Translations under genes and position numbers: made by a program | Part shown: positions 59,149 through 64,000 of the stretch, piece after piece | Layout: every line of letters begins with the position of its first letter | Position numbering within the stretch: position 1 is the stretch's first letter | Notes under the pieces: model-generated | The model's input: the letters and a program-made list of their open reading frames with translations, nothing else | Told to the model about the DNA's origin: nothing | Database searches by the model: none | DNA from: a virus | Virus record (IMG/VR): IMGVR_UViG_3300032294_001887 | Span: 1-64,000 of that record | Direction: 5' to 3' (one strand) | Length of the DNA stretch: 64,000 bases

Positions 59149-62100
59149 TGGCGGTAGAGATAAAAAATACTAAATACTTTTATCCGCCGCGTCCTGGTAA
59201 TGGCGCGGGGACTTTTTCTGACAACATTGTAGGATTACAAACCGTTGAAGGAGGAGGACTTACGCAAGGTAATTTTGAGTTTACTACGGGTGTAACGGAA
59301 AAGGTGAACAGAACCTTCAATGTCGGAGCTTTCTCCGAACCAATATCGTTAGACATGTTGGGTGTAGACAGTTTGGAACAAAGTAGACTAATACTTGCAA
59401 CACAATTTAGAGTTTATCCTAATTACGATATTTCCCAAGTTCTTAATTTTTCAATGTATGGTTCACTATCTAAAAGATTTAGTGTGTCGATAACAAAAAT
59501 TATTAATTACTTTCCGGCATCATTAGATGTAATGTTCACTAATGATGACTATGTTACAGGTAATACCGCTTATGATATTGTGTATGATAGGGAAGCTGAT
59601 GAAACTTATTTTAAAGTAAATGTGGATAGAATTAGTAACCCTTTTGATATTGATTATTCTATAAACGCTACAACTAATTTAAACATCAGAGAGATTAGTG
59701 TATCACCATATAGAAATCTATATAATACTTACTTGGATTATTGTGTTAGTATTAATGATAATATTTTTAATATATTGGCGTTTGTTCCATCAGAAACATT
59801 ATCATTAGGATACATTCAACTTTACGCTTCAGGGGCACCATTCGGAACCACCGCAACAACAATTAATGATGAGTTCCAAGTTAGACCCAACGACTATATC
59901 GTTGATAAAACTTTCCAAGAATCTTTTGACGAAGTTGAAAAATTCTTGGTTAATAGATTAGTAAGACCTGAATATACTGCAGTATTCCAAGTCCCACAAC
60001 AAAATGAATATGGTCAAACATATACTGAATACAAACAAGTTACTTGGCCGAAAAAAGGACCTTGGAATTTAGATATTAGTTCATTTCTATTCGACAACTA
60101 TCTTGAAGAAATTCAGGCAATTGCGATTAATTTAGATTCTTTCAAAACAAACTTAATCTCAAGATTTTTAGTTACAGATTCTTTAAAAGAATTTGATACT
60201 TTAGGTCAAAAAGTTGAAAAAATATTTCAAATCTATGGTAGAAGTTTTGACCAAGTAAAACAATTCATTGACGGATTAGCTTATATGAATTCGGTTAACT
60301 ATAACCCTTCAAATGACATCCCTTCAGAATTGTTGGTGAATTTGTCAAGAACATTAGGGTGGTCATCAAACTTTTCTCCAATAACAAATGAGGATTTTTT
60401 AAGTTCAGTTTTTGGTAATACCTCAACTCCAACATATCCTGGATATGCAAGAGCCCTGACTCCAACAGAGTTAAATTATGCTTATTATCGTAATTTAATT
60501 CTCAATGCTTCCTATCTTTTTAAATCAAAAGGAACAAGAAGGTCAATTGAGTTTTTATTAAGATTAATCGGAGCACCTGATTCATTAATCGAATACAATG
60601 AGCACATCTATTTGGCTGACCAAAAAATTAATCTTGAACAATTCGATACTCAATGGGCGGCTATATCAGGTGGAACTTATGTTAATAATGTTCCTAGTTA
60701 TTTACCAAATGACACATACAAGATTCAAGGAAATTTATATACCGCATTTACATCAAGTGCGATATACCAAGATGTTAATGTAAATTTAACTGATTACCCT
60801 ATTGATACTGAAGGGTATCCAAAAGCACCTCAAAATACGGAAACATTCTTTTTTCAAATTGGTGCAGGTTGGTATGAAGTAACACCACAACATAGAAGTC
60901 CTGATGCTGTCCAAATAACCGGAAATGTATACACAGGGCAAAATTTTAATGTCCAAACTCAACTAACACCGTTCACTTATGGTCAGACTTATCTTAACCG
61001 ATACCGAAACTTTCCATATATGAGTGAAGGTTTCAAATTACAAAAAGTTGTTGATAATAATAAATCTTGGTTATCTAGCGACGATAAAATAAGAATATCG
61101 ACTCAAGGGGATTATAACGCTTATTATTTTGTGGATAATGAAAAATTAGTGTTGAATGTTAAAAATGTTGATATTTTCTTAAATCCCGCGCAAGGTCTCG
61201 TATATGATGTTTGGGACCAATCAAGACAATATGATTATCCAATACCTGAATCGGGATTAACGGTGGGATATCCGGTACCTGGAGGAGTCGATTGGACATA
61301 CATTAATCCTGAACCAAAGAAAAAAACATTCTTTGAATTTTCTCAAACATTTTGGGAGAATATGATTAACACAAGAAATAGACAATATATTTCAGATGGA
61401 AAAACCGGAGGATACCCAACACTCCAATCAATCTTTTGGAAATATATCGAATCGGAACAAACAGTTGGATTACCAAATAACCAATATACTTATCAAAAGT
61501 TAATTGATTATGTAAATGGAATTGGACCATATTGGACAAAGTTGGTGGAACAAATGGTTCCTGCAACTACAATATGGAATGGGGGAGTTAGATTGGAAAA
61601 TTCTATTTTCCACAAACAAAAGTTGGCGTATAGACGACAACGAGGTTGTGAATTTATTTTAGTTCCTGTCAATCCATGTTATATAAATTCAGGTATTTTT
61701 GATTACACTTGTAATTCAGAAGAGGCTACCTTTAACATTTATCCATGGTTTAATCAGGATATAAAAGTTTCAAACTTCAGTAGTATCTTAGGTTATACAC
61801 TTAATAATATGTTATCACAACAAGGTTTAACCCTAAATGATTGTAACCAAAATTCAGTATTAACTGAATGGTATGTAGATTTAGTTATTGATGGGCAACA
61901 AATAATAAAAGAACTTTTTTATACTGGATACGGTATATTAGATGTCCCAACTCCAAATCAATGGAGATTTGCATTGCTTAATTATTTACCACAATTAATA
62001 AATTATGGATATTCTTATTCGTTTAATAGTGACAATTTAGTAAGTGGTAATATATTAACAATAACGAATTTAAATTGTTTGAATAATACAACAATTAGTT

Positions 62101-62150
62101 CAGTTTCACTCTATGTAGGAATAAACATTAATATTAATTGTGCTCGATAA
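59148..62150 (+). CDS. Baseplate wedge protein with P2 gpI/gp7-like domain
   Basis: LLVNLSRTLGW ... YLFKSKGTRRSIEFLLRLIG. Confidence 0.65.
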   Translation: MAVEIKNTKYFYPPRPGNGAGTFSDNIVGLQTVEGGGLTQGNFEFTTGVTEKVNRTFNVGAFSEPISLDMLGVDSLEQSRLILATQFRVYPNYDISQVLNFSMYGSLSKRFSVSITKIINYFPASLDVMFTNDDYVTGNTAYDIVYDREADETYFKVNVDRISNPFDIDYSINATTNLNIREISVSPYRNLYNTYLDYCVSINDNIFNILAFVPSETLSLGYIQLYASGAPFGTTATTINDEFQVRPNDYIVDKTFQESFDEVEKFLVNRLVRPEYTAVFQVPQQNEYGQTYTEYKQVTWPKKGPWNLDISSFLFDNYLEEIQAIAINLDSFKTNLISRFLVTDSLKEFDTLGQKVEKIFQIYGRSFDQVKQFIDGLAYMNSVNYNPSNDIPSELLVNLSRTLGWSSNFSPITNEDFLSSVFGNTSTPTYPGYARALTPTELNYAYYRNLILNASYLFKSKGTRRSIEFLLRLIGAPDSLIEYNEHIYLADQKINLEQFDTQWAAISGGTYVNNVPSYLPNDTYKIQGNLYTAFTSSAIYQDVNVNLTDYPIDTEGYPKAPQNTETFFFQIGAGWYEVTPQHRSPDAVQITGNVYTGQNFNVQTQLTPFTYGQTYLNRYRNFPYMSEGFKLQKVVDNNKSWLSSDDKIRISTQGDYNAYYFVDNEKLVLNVKNVDIFLNPAQGLVYDVWDQSRQYDYPIPESGLTVGYPVPGGVDWTYINPEPKKKTFFEFSQTFWENMINTRNRQYISDGKTGGYPTLQSIFWKYIESEQTVGLPNNQYTYQKLIDYVNGIGPYWTKLVEQMVPATTIWNGGVRLENSIFHKQKLAYRRQRGCEFILVPVNPCYINSGIFDYTCNSEEATFNIYPWFNQDIKVSNFSSILGYTLNNMLSQQGLTLNDCNQNSVLTEWYVDLVIDGQQIIKELFYTGYGILDVPTPNQWRFALLNYLPQLINYGYSYSFNSDNLVSGNILTITNLNCLNNTTISSVSLYVGINININCAR

Positions 62151-64000
62151 TGAATTATAATCTATTAATAACTGGAGATTGTCAAAGTAACGGTTCAGGC
62201 GCAATATCTCTTTCAATTAATGGTGGTAATGAACCATATATTGTCCAATGGACATTACTTACTACTCCTCCAACAAGTTTGGGGACAGATACAATAACAT
62301 CTCTGTATCCATCAATAAGAACTTCATTAAGTTCCGGTAATTACCTAGCCACCGTTAGTGATAGTACTGCACCTGTTCAACAAACTTTAAATATTAGTAT
62401 ACCTGTATCATCAGGAGTATGTGCTAGTATTCTTGGAGTCCAAGGGACAACCTGTTCTTTAGATAATGGTTCGGTTACAGGAACCTCATCCTCAAATTTT
62501 TCAACTACACAATTTTATTTATATGATTCTAATGATAACGAAATCACGAATCAAAGTACTAATATAAATGTCAATGATGTTATTTTTGGTACTTTAAGCG
62601 CCGGAACGTATTATATGAAAGTGGTTGATATTGGAGGTTGTACAGGATATAGTCAAAATTTCATTATTGAAGACTCAACTCCTTTAGATTTTGGAATATA
62701 TAATGTGCCAAATTCTTCTTGTGGAGGAACACCTATAGGTAAACTTTTTGTTACAGGAGTCACTGGGTCTCCCCCGTATAGTTATATTTGGTCTAATGGA
62801 GCGACAGGGTCTACGATAACTGGTCTAACTTCGGGAGCCTATTCGGTAACTGTTACGGATTCTTTAGGGTGTTCACAAACTAAAGGGGTAAATGTGGTTA
62901 ATGTACCTCAAGTGGGTTTAGGTGCATTTACTGCAGTACCGCCAAGTTGTTTTGCCGCGGATGGGTCATTGACCATTCAAATTACAGGAGGTACTGCACC
63001 ATTCTACTATTCTGCGTCCACAGGAGAAGTATCAATTCAATATGGGACATCTTGGACTTTAAATGGATTATCACCCGGGTTTTATTCTATCCAAGTTACA
63101 GATGCGGCACTGTGTTCATTTGTAGCAGGTACCACATTAATATCTCCTCAAGGAATGGTCTCCGTCACTATTGATACGAGTGGGTCAACTTGTTCAAGTT
63201 CTGACGGGTCAATAAAAGTATCTGTGGTTGGAGGTGTTACACCATACACATATACTTTAATTTATCCTAATGGTAATACAAAAAACATTGGCGGAAATAA
63301 TACGGTTCAAATATTCCCAAATTTAACGTCAGGGACTTATTCAGTCGCGGTTCAAGATTCTTCGTCTTGTTATTACATGGAAGAGGTTACTTTATTTGCA
63401 ACAGATACTTACACAATCTCAACAAATACGACTGGAACAACTTGTAATTTAAACAATGGAATTGTCTCGGTAACAAGAACTAATGGTGGAGTATCACCAT
63501 ATAATTACTCTTTGGATGGAATTCAGAATGTTCCAAATACCGCGTTATCTGCGGTTACATTTTCAAATGTTAGTTCAGGACAACATACCGTAACCGTTAC
63601 GGATGCCGCGGGTTGTGTTCAAACCACTCAAGTTTATGTTAATCCAAGTAGTTCTTTAGATTTTAGTTTGTATAGTACATCTTGCGGAAATGGTTCTAAT
63701 GGGATGATTAATGCTTTAATATCTTCAGGAACACCACCATTTACGTTTTATTGGTCAAATAATGTTATTGGCAATCCTCAAGAAATTCAAGTTGAAGGAT
63801 TAAGTGCCGGTACATATACTCTAAGAATAGTTGATGATATAGGATGTTCTTTAGAAAGGTCAACAACTATAAATTGTGATAAACTCTATGTTTCCTACCA
63901 GAGATATCTTATGGGTGGGGAAAACTTTACAATAAATAGTCAAACCAAGTTTGGGTTAGTTCAAATGTTAAATGAAGGGTTTAAAGATTTGACAGTAGGA
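62150..64000 (+). CDS. SprB-repeat-like adhesin / tail fibre protein (3' truncated; not in ORF track)
   Basis: ATG 62150 (TAATG), MNYNLLITGDC...; repeated GG..PY.Y.W...GL..G.Y.V.V.D..GC units; frame spot-checked to window end. Confidence 0.8.
   Translation, partial: MNYNLLITGDCQSNGSGAISLSINGGNEPYIVQWTLLTTPPTSLGTDTITSLYPSIRTSLSSGNYLATVSDSTAPVQQTLNISIPVSSGVCASILGVQGTTCSLDNGSVTGTSSSNFSTTQFYLYDSNDNEITNQSTNINVNDVIFGTLSAGTYYMKVVDIGGCTGYSQNFIIEDSTPLDFGIYNVPNSSCGGTPIGKLFVTGVTGSPPYSYIWSNGATGSTITGLTSGAYSVTVTDSLGCSQTKGVNVVNVPQVGLGAFTAVPPSCFAADGSLTIQITGGTAPFYYSASTGEVSIQYGTSWTLNGLSPGFYSIQVTDAALCSFVAGTTLISPQGMVSVTIDTSGSTCSSSDGSIKVSVVGGVTPYTYTLIYPNGNTKNIGGNNTVQIFPNLTSGTYSVAVQDSSSCYYMEEVTLFATDTYTISTNTTGTTCNLNNGIVSVTRTNGGVSPYNYSLDGIQNVPNTALSAVTFSNVSSGQHTVTVTDAAGCVQTTQVYVNPSSSLDFSLYSTSCGNGSNGMINALISSGTPPFTFYWSNNVIGNPQEIQVEGLSAGTYTLRIVDDIGCSLERSTTINCDKLYVSYQRYLMGGENFTINSQTKFGLVQMLNEGFKDLTVG

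Noticed and set aside
62947-63174. 75-aa plus-strand ORF from the track
   Set aside because: Out-of-frame overlap inside the long SprB-repeat ORF starting at 62150
1-64000. Stop-codon reassignment
   Set aside because: Long intact ORFs tile the window under the standard code
1-64000. tRNA or rRNA genes
   Set aside because: Intergenic gaps are short and explained by terminators, promoters or small ORFs; no cloverleaf seen by eye (tRNAscan not run)

Overview
AT-rich 64-kb segment of a large contractile-tailed (myovirus-type, probably jumbo) dsDNA phage, standard genetic code, almost all + strand. Host is probably Bacteroidota (SprB-like repeats, A-rich SD-less starts; inference). Gene order: end of a Thr/Pro mucin-like repeat protein and a five-gene glycosyltransferase cluster; family-B DNA polymerase; neck, Mn-SOD fusion and SNF2 helicase (minus strand); neck/tail terminator, sheath, HAD phosphatase, tube, tail chaperone, tape measure and giant baseplate/hub proteins; a replication block (SSB, RecA-like, 5'-3' exonuclease, DnaB-like helicase, nrdB, nrdA); a second baseplate/fibre block running off the right edge. 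Main observations not in the ORF track: (1) two copies of a self-contained cassette (conserved promoter, unlisted ~50-aa ribbon-helix-helix-like ORF, overlapping Zn-finger/15-aa-repeat/HNH nuclease) right after the polB and recA stop codons; (2) a candidate +1 frameshift (UUU_CGC) in the tail chaperone gene; (3) a GT60-like transferase cluster beside a mucin-like repeat, suggesting virion O-glycosylation; (4) an SOD fused to a nuclease-like domain; (5) two promoter classes. All family calls come from motif recognition by eye; no searches were run.
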